In this document: positions 29,187 through 39,737 of the stretch, in pieces
Position numbering within the stretch: position 1 is the stretch's first letter
How the letters are laid out: each line of letters starts with the position of its first letter
Source: a virus
IMG/VR virus record: IMGVR_UViG_3300020045_003852
Coordinates: 1 to 64,000 of that record
DNA: 64,000 nt
Direction: 5' to 3' (one strand)
Translations under genes and position numbers: made by a program
Notes under the pieces: generated by a model
The model's database searches: none
What the model was told of the DNA's origin: nothing
Seen by the model: only the letters and a program-made list of their open reading frames with translations

Positions 29187-29981
29187 ATGTGCAATATACT
29201 TCCAAATAATAACAGGATTGTTGCGTCGTTTTCATGTGGCGCAGCAAGCGCCGTGGCTACAAAAATGGCAGTAGAAAAATATGGTGACAGAGTTATTGTG
29301 ATTTACTGCGATACACTAAAGTATGAACATCCTGATAATCTTCGTTTCATGAAAGATGTTGAGAAATGGATAGGAAAGGACATTACTTTGTTGTCTAGTG
29401 AGAAATATACTGACATATTCGATGTGTTTAATAAAACTGGCTGGTTAGTCGGCCGCGCAGGTGCACGCTGCACAACAGAGTTAAAGAAAAACGTTGCAAA
29501 AAAATTTAGGAATCCCGGCGATATTAATATCATGGGGCTTACCGCAGATGAAGGACATCGAATTGATAGGTTTGAGGATCAAAACCCCGAGATAGGTGTG
29601 GAGTGGATTCTACGTGACAGCGCTATTACCAAATCGGATTGCTATAAGATACTCACTCAGGCAGGGATACGTCTTCCAAAAATGTACGAGTTAGGTTACA
29701 ACAATAACAACTGCATTGGGTGTGTAAAGGGGTCTATGGGGTACTGGAATAAAATTAGAATTGACTTTCCTTTAGCATTTAAGAGAATGGCGCAGCAGGA
29801 AAGAAAGATGGGTGTTGCTATTAACAAGTCCTTTGTCGGGGGGACACGGAGAAGTATATTTCTTGATGAACTAGACCCCAACGCTGGCAGGGATGTCCCT
29901 CTGCCAGATATTGAGTGCGGGGTAATGTGTATTAAAAATGAAGTAGAATACGACACTATTTCAATATACGATAATGTCTGA
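29187..29981 (+). CDS. PAPS reductase-like (PP-loop) protein with conserved cysteines
   Basis: SFSCGAASA PP-loop, EH.DN.RF, CT.ELK, NNNCIGCVKG..GYW, ECG..C. Confidence 0.8.
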   Translation: MCNILPNNNRIVASFSCGAASAVATKMAVEKYGDRVIVIYCDTLKYEHPDNLRFMKDVEKWIGKDITLLSSEKYTDIFDVFNKTGWLVGRAGARCTTELKKNVAKKFRNPGDINIMGLTADEGHRIDRFEDQNPEIGVEWILRDSAITKSDCYKILTQAGIRLPKMYELGYNNNNCIGCVKGSMGYWNKIRIDFPLAFKRMAQQERKMGVAINKSFVGGTRRSIFLDELDPNAGRDVPLPDIECGVMCIKNEVEYDTISIYDNV

Positions 29982-29995
29982 TTAAAGGAGAACCG

Positions 29996-30193
29996 ATGAC
30001 TACAAAATGTAGTTCTTATCAACGAGGAGAGTACCACTGCAAGGACGGCCACGTTCAAACTGCTGCATGTGCAGGGGTTACTTTAGAGAGTATTGTTCCC
30101 ACCTGTTGTAATGAAATACTTTGTGGGAGGCTCTATGAGCATAACGGAGGAAAACCCTCTGAAAAATTCGTAGATAATAAGGAAGTTAAATGA
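29996..30193 (+). CDS. Cys-rich hypothetical protein
   Basis: 65 aa, AAGGAG RBS. Confidence 0.5.
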   Translation: MTTKCSSYQRGEYHCKDGHVQTAACAGVTLESIVPTCCNEILCGRLYEHNGGKPSEKFVDNKEVK

Positions 30194-30594
30194 CTACAAA
30201 CCCTAAAGATATTTGCGGAGGAAAGAAAGTAGGCGTTCATGTTGTCCCTCCAAATGTTATTACATCAATGGCATTAGCCCTTACCGAAGGTAAGCTTAAA
30301 TATGGGCTTTCAAATTGGAGACGACATTCAATTCATTATTCAGCCTATTACGATGCTGTAATGCGCCATATGTTTTCTTTCTGGAATGGAGAAGATATCG
30401 ACGTAGATAGTGGGCTTCATCATGTTGTCAAAGCAATGGCAACATTGGCTGTTCTTGTTGATGCTATGCACAATAGTAAGGTAATTGATGACCGTCCTGT
30501 TGCAATCAATGACCCTGATTGGATGAATAAAATGAACATTGCACATAATGAGCTTGTTGAACGTGTTAATGCTAAGATGAAGGAGAATAAATAA
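30190..30594 (+). CDS. dATP/dGTP diphosphohydrolase-like protein (DUF5664-type)
   Basis: NPKD..G.KK...G..KYG..NWR...A.MRH...GED.D.DSGL.H. Confidence 0.8.
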   Translation: MTTNPKDICGGKKVGVHVVPPNVITSMALALTEGKLKYGLSNWRRHSIHYSAYYDAVMRHMFSFWNGEDIDVDSGLHHVVKAMATLAVLVDAMHNSKVIDDRPVAINDPDWMNKMNIAHNELVERVNAKMKENK

Positions 30595-30703
30595 TGATTG
30601 ATCTACTCCTAACAGTTGTTCTTTGCTTGCTCGTTCCAGTAACTATGGCTGTATTTATATTTGTCGTCTACACATGCTACAATAGAGACAATAAAGGAAA
30701 GCC

Positions 30704-31036
30704 ATGACGTTTGCTGTTCCAGCGTGGATACTATGGCTAGGAATGAGCAATCTTGCTATTGCCTTTATCGAGTATACTTATCGAGCGGGTAACTACCAAA
30801 CGTTCATCTCTGCCCTGCCGTATATCATTATCCCCATTCTAATCGGTCAATTAGGTCTTTTTAATGGGTTTGCTAAGGCAGACAACCTAATGCTTGCTGG
30901 GGCACTATTTAGCCTTATCAACATTGTTTTCAGAATTGGTGTGACATACTACCTAGGAGAAGAACTTAATTTAGTGAACTGGCTTGGGGTAGTGTTACTT
31001 ATCGGAAGCGTTATTTTGTTAAAGGTGAAAATATGA
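30704..31036 (+). CDS. four-TM SMR/EamA(DMT)-like membrane protein
   Basis: 110 aa, four hydrophobic helices, C-terminal LGEELN..NWLGVVLLIGSVILL. Confidence 0.6.
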   Translation: MTFAVPAWILWLGMSNLAIAFIEYTYRAGNYQTFISALPYIIIPILIGQLGLFNGFAKADNLMLAGALFSLINIVFRIGVTYYLGEELNLVNWLGVVLLIGSVILLKVKI

Positions 31037-31592
31037 ATGAAAAGTTGAAGATTGTGGAAGATGTTTACGCTGACAGTTGTTTCTCTGGCTGTTACATCCT
31101 AAGTGATTTCATCACTGTTGCAAATCGTCTAATCGAAATGTATGGAGATGTTAATGTTCGCCTTGATGCTGGATATAACAGTGTCGAAACAATTCTTGAG
31201 ATTGAACGAGAAGAAACAAATGAAGAATTTGCACGAAGAACTACTAGAGAAGAAATGAATAAAATTACTCGTAGGAAGACATATGAGAAATTAAAGAAGG
31301 AGTTTGAATAATGAGTGACTACAAACGTGCCCCAACAACTTACGAAGTATGGAAGGCTATTAAAGCAGCACACACAGAACTAACAGTGTTTGGTAGTTAT
31401 AGTGCTCCTGATGGCGACTATTTTGGTGATCCAAGTAAAGGTAAGATGTTTACAAGTTATGGGTTTCCACAAGGAGATTACCCTATAATGGAAGCAGAGA
31501 CAACTTGGGATATTTCTTGTGATGAGCCATATAAGCGTAATAATGAACAACACGAGTATTGGTTGTGTCTACCTATTAAGGAGGAAGAATGA
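31033..31592 (+). CDS. two hypothetical proteins (31033-31311, 31311-31592)
   Basis: coupled ORFs. Confidence 0.6.
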
Positions 31593-31758
31593 TGAGCTGG
31601 AAGCTTTACTTCGATACAATTAAGTGTCAAGAGGATTATGATAAGTTGAAGGCTACAGGGATGGCTTATGAACTGTTTCCTGATTTTCCTTCCGAATGGT
31701 TTGTATCTAAGACCCTCTCGGCGTTCTATGAGACACTTGTTGGTCGTGGGTATGATAT

Positions 31759-32322
31759 TTGATGGATAAAGTTGACAGGATTATTTCGGAAAACAAAGAA
31801 ATCTGGAAGTCTAAAGCCATGTTTTTTAGCTTCCTCAAGGGATTATTTAGAAGGGGTTGGTCTAGGCACCCTGTAAAGATTAAACTTCTAAAGAAACATC
31901 GTGTCCAGATACCTAATCCGAATCCGAAGGGGAAGAAACCAACGGTTTGGGGGGCAAAATGTAGCGTATGCAACAGGTTGTTCCCGATGAATATGCTGGA
32001 GGTGGATCACGTTTTAGAAGACACAGCATCACTTACTAAGTTGTCTGACGTACAAACTTGTGTAGAGAAACTTCTTGTTATTGTAGAAGATGATTTACGT
32101 ATTATTTGCAAAAACGACCATGCCACAGCGACGTTAAGTCAACGTCTTGGTATCACTCTTGTAGAAGCAAAGATTGAGCAGCAAGTTATTGCATTTCGTA
32201 AACTCAACGCTGAACAACAGAAAAAAGAATTGACAGACTTAGCAATTCCAAGTATAATGCTATCCACAGCAGCAAAGAGAGTTTCAGCCTATAGAGGTTA
32301 TCTTAAAGGAGAACAAACATGA
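31759..32322 (+). CDS. HNH-type endonuclease (possible resolvase)
   Basis: CSVC...EVDH...L..ICK.DH. Confidence 0.75.
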   Translation: MMDKVDRIISENKEIWKSKAMFFSFLKGLFRRGWSRHPVKIKLLKKHRVQIPNPNPKGKKPTVWGAKCSVCNRLFPMNMLEVDHVLEDTASLTKLSDVQTCVEKLLVIVEDDLRIICKNDHATATLSQRLGITLVEAKIEQQVIAFRKLNAEQQKKELTDLAIPSIMLSTAAKRVSAYRGYLKGEQT

Positions 32323-32901
32323 ATGAACAGTTTAGTAAAGAGCAACTTGCCGAAATCGTCCTTTGGTTTGCTAAAGATGACGGAGAGGATTGTCCATATG
32401 AAGCCGAAGATTGGGCTTGCAGTAATATCGAGACTGTTGAAGATGGTGACGATGTTGCTGAACACAAGACTGTTTACAACTCAAATATTTATCTTGTTGA
32501 AGGTATCTACTTTGAAGTAACCTTCACTCGTGATAATTGTGGCTATTGGGGCGATGGCGAGAGGTATGATCCAACTATTCGAGAAGTTGTCCCTGTTGAT
32601 GTAGTTAAAACTGTTTGGCTTTCCAAGGAGAATGCTAATGTCTGAGAATATCCTCGTCACAGAACAAGAGCGTAATATCATTCTCATTGGAATTGCTACA
32701 GCAGGGTATCTGTACATTCTTGAGGATATTAATGCTTTGACATTTGCTGTTAATGCAACAGGTTATCATTTTGATGAGTATGGGGATATGCTTGACAAAG
32801 CATCTGTCAATATTACAAATGATAAAGTCGAACATGTTCTGAAGCAAATGATTGCTGATGCTACGCCTAGCGTTGTTGCTTTGTCTGGCAATTTGAATTA
32901 A
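32319..32901 (+). CDS. two acidic hypothetical proteins (32319-32645, 32632-32901) downstream of consensus promoter at 32230-32258
   Basis: TTGACA-17-TATAAT; RBSs. Confidence 0.6.
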
Positions 32902-32918
32902 TAGGGAGATAATAATTA

Positions 32919-33866
32919 ATGAATAGCTATATTGAGTGCTACGCAACACAAATTGAATCAATGATTAATAGTGGAGCATCAAAGAGGCAAGTTGCAAAGG
33001 AACTTGGTCTGCCTAAATCCAGCGTTAGCGATTGGCTTCGTACTAAGGAATTTAGTAAAGTTGTTGTAAAGCCAGTTAACAAAATGAAGATTCTTGTCAT
33101 CGACATTGAAACTGCCCCCCTCGTGGCAGACCTCTGGAGTATCTGGCAGAACGGCGTAGGTTTGAATCAAGTAAAGAAAGATTGGCATCTTCTCTCTTTT
33201 GCTGCTAAGTGGTATGGCGAAGAGGAAGTATTCTACTACGACCAATCTGATGAACGAGATATTGAAGATGACTTTAATATTTGTCATGTTCTGCATGATC
33301 TTCTCAATCAATGCGATGCCACACTTACACAAAATGGACGTAAGTTTGACTTGAAGAAGATTAATGCCCGTTTTGTTATTAATGGTCTTCCTCCTGTTCG
33401 TCCATCACGAGTAATTGATACGCTGGAAATAGCGAAACGCGAGTTTGGCTTTACATCAAATAAGCTTGAGTATATGACTGATACGTTGTGCAAGAAATAT
33501 AAAAAGCTTCAGCATCAGAAGTTCCCAGGACATACTTTGTGGACAGAAGTAATTAAGGGAAATCCTGAAGCATGGGCTGAGATGAAGGAATACAATATTA
33601 ACGACATTCTTTCTCTGGAGGAGTTGTATGATATTATCAAACCCTTCTCAAGTAAGCATACTAATGTTGCTCTTGCACAAGATAATGGCGTTCCAACGTG
33701 TCGTATTTGTGGTGGAACACATTTGAGTAATTCTGGTGATTGGCACACTTCGTTGTCTGTGTATGACTTGTATCGTTGCGATGACTGCGGGGCGTATAGC
33801 AGAGGTCGTAAGACGAATACGACAAAGGAACAACGTAACAACGTCACAATGGCTACGATTTCTTAA
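32919..33866 (+). CDS. RNase H-like 3'-5' exonuclease with N-terminal HTH and C-terminal Zn ribbon
   Basis: SKRQVAKELGLPKSSVSDW; DIET, NG.KFD, IDTL, YN..D; CRICG/CDDCG. Confidence 0.85.
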   Translation: MNSYIECYATQIESMINSGASKRQVAKELGLPKSSVSDWLRTKEFSKVVVKPVNKMKILVIDIETAPLVADLWSIWQNGVGLNQVKKDWHLLSFAAKWYGEEEVFYYDQSDERDIEDDFNICHVLHDLLNQCDATLTQNGRKFDLKKINARFVINGLPPVRPSRVIDTLEIAKREFGFTSNKLEYMTDTLCKKYKKLQHQKFPGHTLWTEVIKGNPEAWAEMKEYNINDILSLEELYDIIKPFSSKHTNVALAQDNGVPTCRICGGTHLSNSGDWHTSLSVYDLYRCDDCGAYSRGRKTNTTKEQRNNVTMATIS

Positions 33867-33883
33867 CTCAAAGGAGAACACAA

Positions 33884-34150
33884 ATGCGAGCACTCCAAGT
33901 TAACCTTCAATCAATTCCTGCAACAGCGTTTTTGAATAGGGAAGAAAAAGCTGTGATGTTTGTAAAGCATGGCAACGGGAACTTCATTGATTTTCAAGAT
34001 GGAAGCGATATGGTTGCTTGGACTCGTGAGGCTCTATGTATCGGAGATACTTCGTATCCCTATAACAAATGGAATATTATTGAAGAGGAGTCTCCATTGA
34101 AGCAATATTTTCGTAGCGTGTTGAAAGAGCCTCTGGCTAATTTGGGATAA
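33884..34150 (+). CDS. hypothetical protein
   Basis: AAGGAG RBS. Confidence 0.6.
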   Translation: MRALQVNLQSIPATAFLNREEKAVMFVKHGNGNFIDFQDGSDMVAWTREALCIGDTSYPYNKWNIIEEESPLKQYFRSVLKEPLANLG

Positions 34151-34337
34151 AGGAGAGTAACATGAATTTTAATATTGATGACAACACCATTGCTGCGTGG
34201 GTACAAGAAGTACAAAATGATATTTACGCTGATGAAGACTCAGATGAGGCTTGGTCAATGGGCTTTGATGAAGGTAGGCAAGGAACTCTAGTAGAAGTTC
34301 TTGAGGCGCTAGGAATCGAACACTAAGGAGAACGAAG

Positions 34338-34820
34338 ATGGGACTTAAAGAATGTATTGACGGTGTAACACTATTCAACGAGATTGCTGGTAACTTCTCA
34401 AATATTACCAATGATAAACTTATTGCACAAAGTAAAGTTGTACGTGAAGAAGGAATTGAACTCCTTGAAGCTGTTGAAAGTGGGGTAGAGAATGAAATCC
34501 TAAAGGAGTGTGTAGATGTTCTTGTAACAATTCATGGCTTTGTTAAGATGCTTGAGGAACAGGGTTATGATGTTATGGGGGCGTGGTCAGAAGTTAATAG
34601 TAATAACCTTAGTAAATTTCCATCTACTGACGAAGCAGTAGAGGCATCACTTGAATATTATTATGAACAGGAAATTGCAGTCAGCGCAACAACTGTTCCT
34701 GATTATAATTGTTTTGTAATTAAGAACGATGCAGGGAAGGTTGTCAAGCCTCTTGGGTACAAAAAGTGTAACGTAGCTAGCTACACCCCAAAAGGGATTT
34801 TGCCGAAAGTGAAGGAATAA
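34338..34820 (+). CDS. MazG-like/HisE-like NTP pyrophosphohydrolase
   Basis: EE..EL.EA...KE.VD.LVT..G, V..NNLSKF, GKV.KP. Confidence 0.8.
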   Translation: MGLKECIDGVTLFNEIAGNFSNITNDKLIAQSKVVREEGIELLEAVESGVENEILKECVDVLVTIHGFVKMLEEQGYDVMGAWSEVNSNNLSKFPSTDEAVEASLEYYYEQEIAVSATTVPDYNCFVIKNDAGKVVKPLGYKKCNVASYTPKGILPKVKE

Positions 34821-34822
34821 TT

Positions 34823-35401
34823 ATGCTAGTTTATTTTAGCTTCTATGATGTGTTGAAAATTCCAGAAATTGCTGCAATAGCTGATAATCCTTTTGACTTG
34901 CTTCCACGAGAAATGGATGAACTCGTTGCTCCAATGTTGTGGAGACTTGGAGCAGATATTGATCGAGGCGGACTTAAGATTCAAGCGTGTGTTCATCGTA
35001 CAATCGATTTGAAAGTTGTCACGGGCTACAGGTATGTATGCACAGAACGTTATGATAAGGAGTGGAGGAATAATAAGAACTTCTCCATGAGCGCGAGGAT
35101 TAATTTCCAGACTGATACAGAGCTTGCTAGTGATATGGTAAGGGCAAGTGCTGAAGGAATGGGGGAAAGTGGCTTCAGAGCCATGGCAATGGCCTCTATG
35201 GGCAAAGAAGGAACTACACGCAACACTAGAAAAGATGAAAGTGAAACTTGGGAAGAAGACCGTGGTACAATTGCAGCATTGCAAGAGATTCAAAAAGGTG
35301 TGAGGGGCTACCTCCATCCAGATGAGGATGTCTGGCACACTAATGATCTAATTGAATCAATCAAAGAATCAAACGCAGTAGAATCACTTCAAGTTTATTA
35401 A
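34823..35401 (+). CDS. hypothetical protein
   Basis: 192-aa ORF with RBS. Confidence 0.7.
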   Translation: MLVYFSFYDVLKIPEIAAIADNPFDLLPREMDELVAPMLWRLGADIDRGGLKIQACVHRTIDLKVVTGYRYVCTERYDKEWRNNKNFSMSARINFQTDTELASDMVRASAEGMGESGFRAMAMASMGKEGTTRNTRKDESETWEEDRGTIAALQEIQKGVRGYLHPDEDVWHTNDLIESIKESNAVESLQVY

Positions 35402-35423
35402 TCAATACAAAGGAGATTTATAA

Positions 35424-35663
35424 ATGGATATTCAAATTAGCCCTGAACAGAAAACCCTGATCCAAGGATACAAAACTGAAGCATTCGAATTTCTTAGCGA
35501 AGTAGAATCAGCATCGACTTCATTTAAGGATATCGTCGCAGCAGCTTCAGAAACTACTAAGTTGCCAAAGGGGATTATTAGTAAATATTTTAAGACTACG
35601 TTTAAGGATGATGTAAAGAAACTTACTGAGGAAGTAGATATTATTAATTTCCTGAATGATTAA
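35424..35663 (+). CDS. small dsDNA-binding protein (T4 DsbA/GapR-like, tentative)
   Basis: 79-aa helical protein, FKDIV.AA.E...LPK.II.K pattern. Confidence 0.45.
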   Translation: MDIQISPEQKTLIQGYKTEAFEFLSEVESASTSFKDIVAAASETTKLPKGIISKYFKTTFKDDVKKLTEEVDIINFLND

Positions 35664-35669
35664 TCTGTA

Positions 35670-35719
35670 GATGTAACAAAAGCCCTACACCAATGTTGGT
35701 GTAGGGCTTTTGTTACATC
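35670..35719. terminator. perfect 24-bp inverted repeat, bidirectional terminator between convergent arms
   Basis: GATGTAACAAAAGCCCTACACCAA-TG-TTGGTGTAGGGCTTTTGTTACATC. Confidence 0.88.
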
Positions 35720-36489
35720 GGGCTAATTAGGAATCCTGAGAAATCTGAATACTTCGGGTCACCATTACCAACATTCCATGCGCTGCTGTTTGTTGCGTAT
35801 ATTTCAACATAATCCCCCGCTGCTAGCGGAATCATGCAACTCGCCGAGAAAATTGCAGGACCTGCTGAGAACTGTTGCAGTGTTCTAAATAGTGTGCCAT
35901 TCTTATAGAAACTAATGGCGATGTTCGTCGGCGTGCCTGCCGAGATAAGTGTTGTATTATGGAACTGATAATATCCTGGAATGGTTGCAGTAAATTTTGA
36001 CGACGAAAAATTAGCAGCGGTATCATAGTTTTCAGTATCGAAGTTCAACTTAGTTGCAACGCCAGCCGCCAACGTTTGTGCAGTAGAATTATAGGCACTA
36101 AACACGGGCATCGCTGGATTATGCAGAATGCCATTGACGTCAATTGATGCCACAGACGTACCGTCCCCTCTTGTGATGGTTAGTGTCCCGTCAGGAACAC
36201 TTGGAACAGAGATAACAAAGTTTTGGCTAGGCGTTACACTGTTCCCGAGTTTAATACTTGTGGCTAAAACAGATTGCTCAATTGAATCAAATCGGCGAAG
36301 CCATGTGGTATTGTCGGCAGAACGCTGATATACCACACCATCAGAATTAACGTGCCACATTCCGCCAAAAGTTGTAGTAGGAAAAGTTGCACCACTGTTG
36401 TTGGTTGCAATAGCTGCTAAAGCATTGTTAATATCTGCGCGGAATGAAGCCCCGCTTTGATTCTCTAGTACGTAATCATGTTGTGACAT
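35713..36489 (-). CDS. tail fibre / receptor-binding protein with C-terminal C1q-like domain
   Basis: MSQHDY...RADINNAL.AI N-terminal anchor; PVFSAY...F.TE.YD...FTATIPGYYQF...L.AGDYVEIY. Confidence 0.75.
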   Translation of the reverse strand: MSQHDYVLENQSGASFRADINNALAAIATNNSGATFPTTTFGGMWHVNSDGVVYQRSADNTTWLRRFDSIEQSVLATSIKLGNSVTPSQNFVISVPSVPDGTLTITRGDGTSVASIDVNGILHNPAMPVFSAYNSTAQTLAAGVATKLNFDTENYDTAANFSSSKFTATIPGYYQFHNTTLISAGTPTNIAISFYKNGTLFRTLQQFSAGPAIFSASCMIPLAAGDYVEIYATNSSAWNVGNGDPKYSDFSGFLISPM

Positions 36490-36507
36490 TATTTATCCTC
36501 ATGTGTG

Positions 36508-39500
36508 TTAAATCTTGTACCCATAGCCTTTTGCTATGTAGTCGATAACTCTTGTGACCGGTGTTCCTGCATTCTTTACAATTATTGTAAAGCCCTCAGC
36601 ACTCTTTGATGTTATCTCGTAATAATCCCCAGATTGCATATTGTTTATTGCAACAGAAATTGCAGGGGTTTCCATAAAGTGTGGGGAGAATGCTACAACT
36701 AGTCCGGATGTTGTGCATGTAGCATCGTTTACCCCAAATGCTCTATCCTCAACATCAACAGTGACAGAAAGCTCGTCGACAAGAGTGTTGAATGCTGCTG
36801 ACTCCGATGCCAACATAAGTTTAAATTTCATCCCCCATGCCGCATAATCTGCCACCCTGAACTCTGTCCAATCTGACCATGTTGGCGTTCCAGTTGGGTC
36901 ATCTTTTGTTGTTGAAATATAGACTTTTGCTGTCCCTGTGTTTGGAACAAGATTATCAACCTCTGACCATTCATCTATATTGGGCCTAATGTCAACAAGG
37001 GAGAAAATCTCAGTCGTTGTTGAAGATAACAAACAAGAAACTCCAACTGTGTAGACAGCAGTTAAATCAACAATTTCATTGAAGTAGTATTCCCCACTTG
37101 TTGATACACCACTCCCAAGGTAGTCAAACAGAACATATGTATCTACGTATCCTGCATCATCAATCATGCCGAGAGATGCTAATGATAAAACCCCACCTGA
37201 TGACATGGTATTAACTTTTGTACCAAGAAAGTCAGGGGACTCCTGTTTTACCTCAACAATATTTTTATTCTGGAGTAATGCATAATCAGAGAATGCAAAC
37301 GCAGCATTCTTGCTGTAGTAATCGGATGAGTCAATTGCCTTCAGCATGTATGTCCCACCTAACAGCGGAACGATGGCGCTAGAAGAACTACCAGACACAA
37401 TATCAATCTGTACGCCTTCTATCCACTTAGGACTAACAGTTTTAGAGGTGTGCAGAATCTGTATAAAACCCCCGACCAATACATCTAGATCAGGATGTGT
37501 ATCCCACCTCAGTAATGCACTACCATTTGACGCCACTACTTCAAATCCTGTAATATCCAGCGGTTGCTTTGTTTTTCCTGCCAATGTAATTTGCTGAGAA
37601 AATGTGGTTGCTTGTTGCCCTAGTACGTTAATTGCTGTTACAGAAAAACTATATGTTCCCGGAGCAGTATCTTTTAAGGAGTATTCAGACGCTATAATTG
37701 TTTCCTTGAAAGATGACCCATCGGGCTTCTTATAGTTCACAATGTATCTGTTTGCAAACTTTGGAATCCTCCAAGAAATATCACAACGACTCTTTACACT
37801 AACGCCATCAACATAGAGGTATTCTATGAAGTCAATACCCGCCACAGGATAAACTAACTGACTTGGAATAGAAGTGTCTACCAGTGGGATAGAAGATTCT
37901 ACATAGGCATACTTAGACGGATTGTGTGATAATGCACTAATTTCATATGTCTTGTTCCCCTTGTCCGAGATAGAAACAATTTTAAACAGTTCTGGCTCGA
38001 CATCATTATCAGCAATAATAAATATGGAGTTTGTTGCCAACTCTTTTGTTAACGCAGAATCAAATGTTATGTTATCTGTACTTCCTGTTGCTGTGAATAA
38101 CCTGTCAACAAGAGTCCCATCTATGTCGATAGCAGAAAATGTGTATGAAACACCTGCTGTAAACTCTAGTGCAGTATCCAATGTGGCTGTAAGCAACGTA
38201 GAGGCCACTACACGACCACCTCGTCTATCTTGTGACCTCAGTGTATCGCTTATCTTAACAATCTCACCAGGGAGCGGTACAGACCCCTCCATACCGGTTG
38301 TAAAGGTAACAATGTCAGTTTGATAGTTGTTCGTGTAAATTAACCACCTTCCAACTCGCCTTGCCATTGCCCTTGATGTACACCCGAAGGCAACAATATC
38401 TGTCTGGTTGATATAACCAAGGCTGTTAATTAAATCTACGTCTTCAACATACTCAATTTCTCTTTCATATGAATTTGCTGGATTGTTCCAAGTTACACCC
38501 ACTGCATTATATCTTGTGGACATTGCAGATGATTGATAGGAAAATAGTCCATCAACAACACTTGTATTATTAAAAGCGTAAGAGGGGTCGGTTGGTCTAT
38601 CTTGGATTGGAACAATACTTCCGCCTGCCCAATAACTTAACCCCCTGAAGATAGAAGCAAAATCACTGATTACTTTATAAGCCTCTTCTTTTGTTTGAAT
38701 AACAACGTTACACGAAAACCTTGGCTCATAGATACCATTCTCTCCCGGAACTAACTGATCGCAGTATTGCCCAATTGTGTAAAGTTCAGATTTGTCTACG
38801 GCTGATTCTGGAATTCTATCCCCAAGACCATAGCGCGTGTTTGTAATAATGTCATAAAAACACCAAGCAGGATTATCTGTCCATGCAACCTTAAATCCTC
38901 CGTTCCAAATACCAGAGTATATCCTTGTTATGGGGTCATAATTATTTGGAACCTTGACCCTCAGACACTTGCATAAGTAAGCGCGAGTAGGTATTGAACT
39001 GAATTGTTCAGCATCTACCTGCATACCGACTAGCACACTACCAGGGTATCTTAATTTCTCTTCAACAACACTTGTAATAGACGAGAAATATGTTTTATTA
39101 TTTAGGAATGTAGACGTACTATCTGGACATGTCCGAATCGCCCTAATAGTCCAAGGGCCGTTTCCTGTAACGCGGAAAGACACTTGTTTTTCATATTCAC
39201 TGCTTGATTTTCCGCTAACTGTTTCATCTGGGAGCACTGTCCAAAAAGGAGCGGATACTTCTTTCCAGTCTATACGGAATGTTATAGTTGTTCCACTGAT
39301 ATCCCCTGTAGATGTATCTGTAACAGTGAGCGATGGAATTTTTATATTTACTCTTACTATATCAACGGACGTTCCTGTAATTGTTTTTTCAACAGGCGTC
39401 CACGAGAGCATTTCAATTCCAACACTCTCAGTCTTTTCGGTGGTTGCACCAATAGACATTCTTGACTGTGATAGACTCCCAGGACGAGATTCAACAGATA

Positions 39501-39729
39501 GTCCTGTAAAATTGTAGTCACCTTGGTAGTTTTGTACAGGAGTTCCGTCAAGAAATAGCCCAGCCATGCCCCCTACCATTACCTCCTCAAACTCACCCTC
39601 TCCGAGAAGGTCAATAACCTTAACATAACTTTTTGATCTAAGGGTGTCCGGGTATTCAACGGCTGTGCGGGAACTATCACCGCTGTCACTACTTCCTCCC
39701 CCGCCTGATCCATAAATTAATTTTTCCAT
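36508..39729 (-). CDS. central tail tip/host specificity protein J-like
   Basis: DLLGEGE, AWTDNPAWCFYD, EPRF.CN, GCTSR..A.R.G.W, FN3-like repeats. Confidence 0.92.
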   Translation of the reverse strand: MEKLIYGSGGGGSSDSGDSSRTAVEYPDTLRSKSYVKVIDLLGEGEFEEVMVGGMAGLFLDGTPVQNYQGDYNFTGLSVESRPGSLSQSRMSIGATTEKTESVGIEMLSWTPVEKTITGTSVDIVRVNIKIPSLTVTDTSTGDISGTTITFRIDWKEVSAPFWTVLPDETVSGKSSSEYEKQVSFRVTGNGPWTIRAIRTCPDSTSTFLNNKTYFSSITSVVEEKLRYPGSVLVGMQVDAEQFSSIPTRAYLCKCLRVKVPNNYDPITRIYSGIWNGGFKVAWTDNPAWCFYDIITNTRYGLGDRIPESAVDKSELYTIGQYCDQLVPGENGIYEPRFSCNVVIQTKEEAYKVISDFASIFRGLSYWAGGSIVPIQDRPTDPSYAFNNTSVVDGLFSYQSSAMSTRYNAVGVTWNNPANSYEREIEYVEDVDLINSLGYINQTDIVAFGCTSRAMARRVGRWLIYTNNYQTDIVTFTTGMEGSVPLPGEIVKISDTLRSQDRRGGRVVASTLLTATLDTALEFTAGVSYTFSAIDIDGTLVDRLFTATGSTDNITFDSALTKELATNSIFIIADNDVEPELFKIVSISDKGNKTYEISALSHNPSKYAYVESSIPLVDTSIPSQLVYPVAGIDFIEYLYVDGVSVKSRCDISWRIPKFANRYIVNYKKPDGSSFKETIIASEYSLKDTAPGTYSFSVTAINVLGQQATTFSQQITLAGKTKQPLDITGFEVVASNGSALLRWDTHPDLDVLVGGFIQILHTSKTVSPKWIEGVQIDIVSGSSSSAIVPLLGGTYMLKAIDSSDYYSKNAAFAFSDYALLQNKNIVEVKQESPDFLGTKVNTMSSGGVLSLASLGMIDDAGYVDTYVLFDYLGSGVSTSGEYYFNEIVDLTAVYTVGVSCLLSSTTTEIFSLVDIRPNIDEWSEVDNLVPNTGTAKVYISTTKDDPTGTPTWSDWTEFRVADYAAWGMKFKLMLASESAAFNTLVDELSVTVDVEDRAFGVNDATCTTSGLVVAFSPHFMETPAISVAINNMQSGDYYEITSKSAEGFTIIVKNAGTPVTRVIDYIAKGYGYKI

Positions 39730-39737
39730 GCTAGTCC

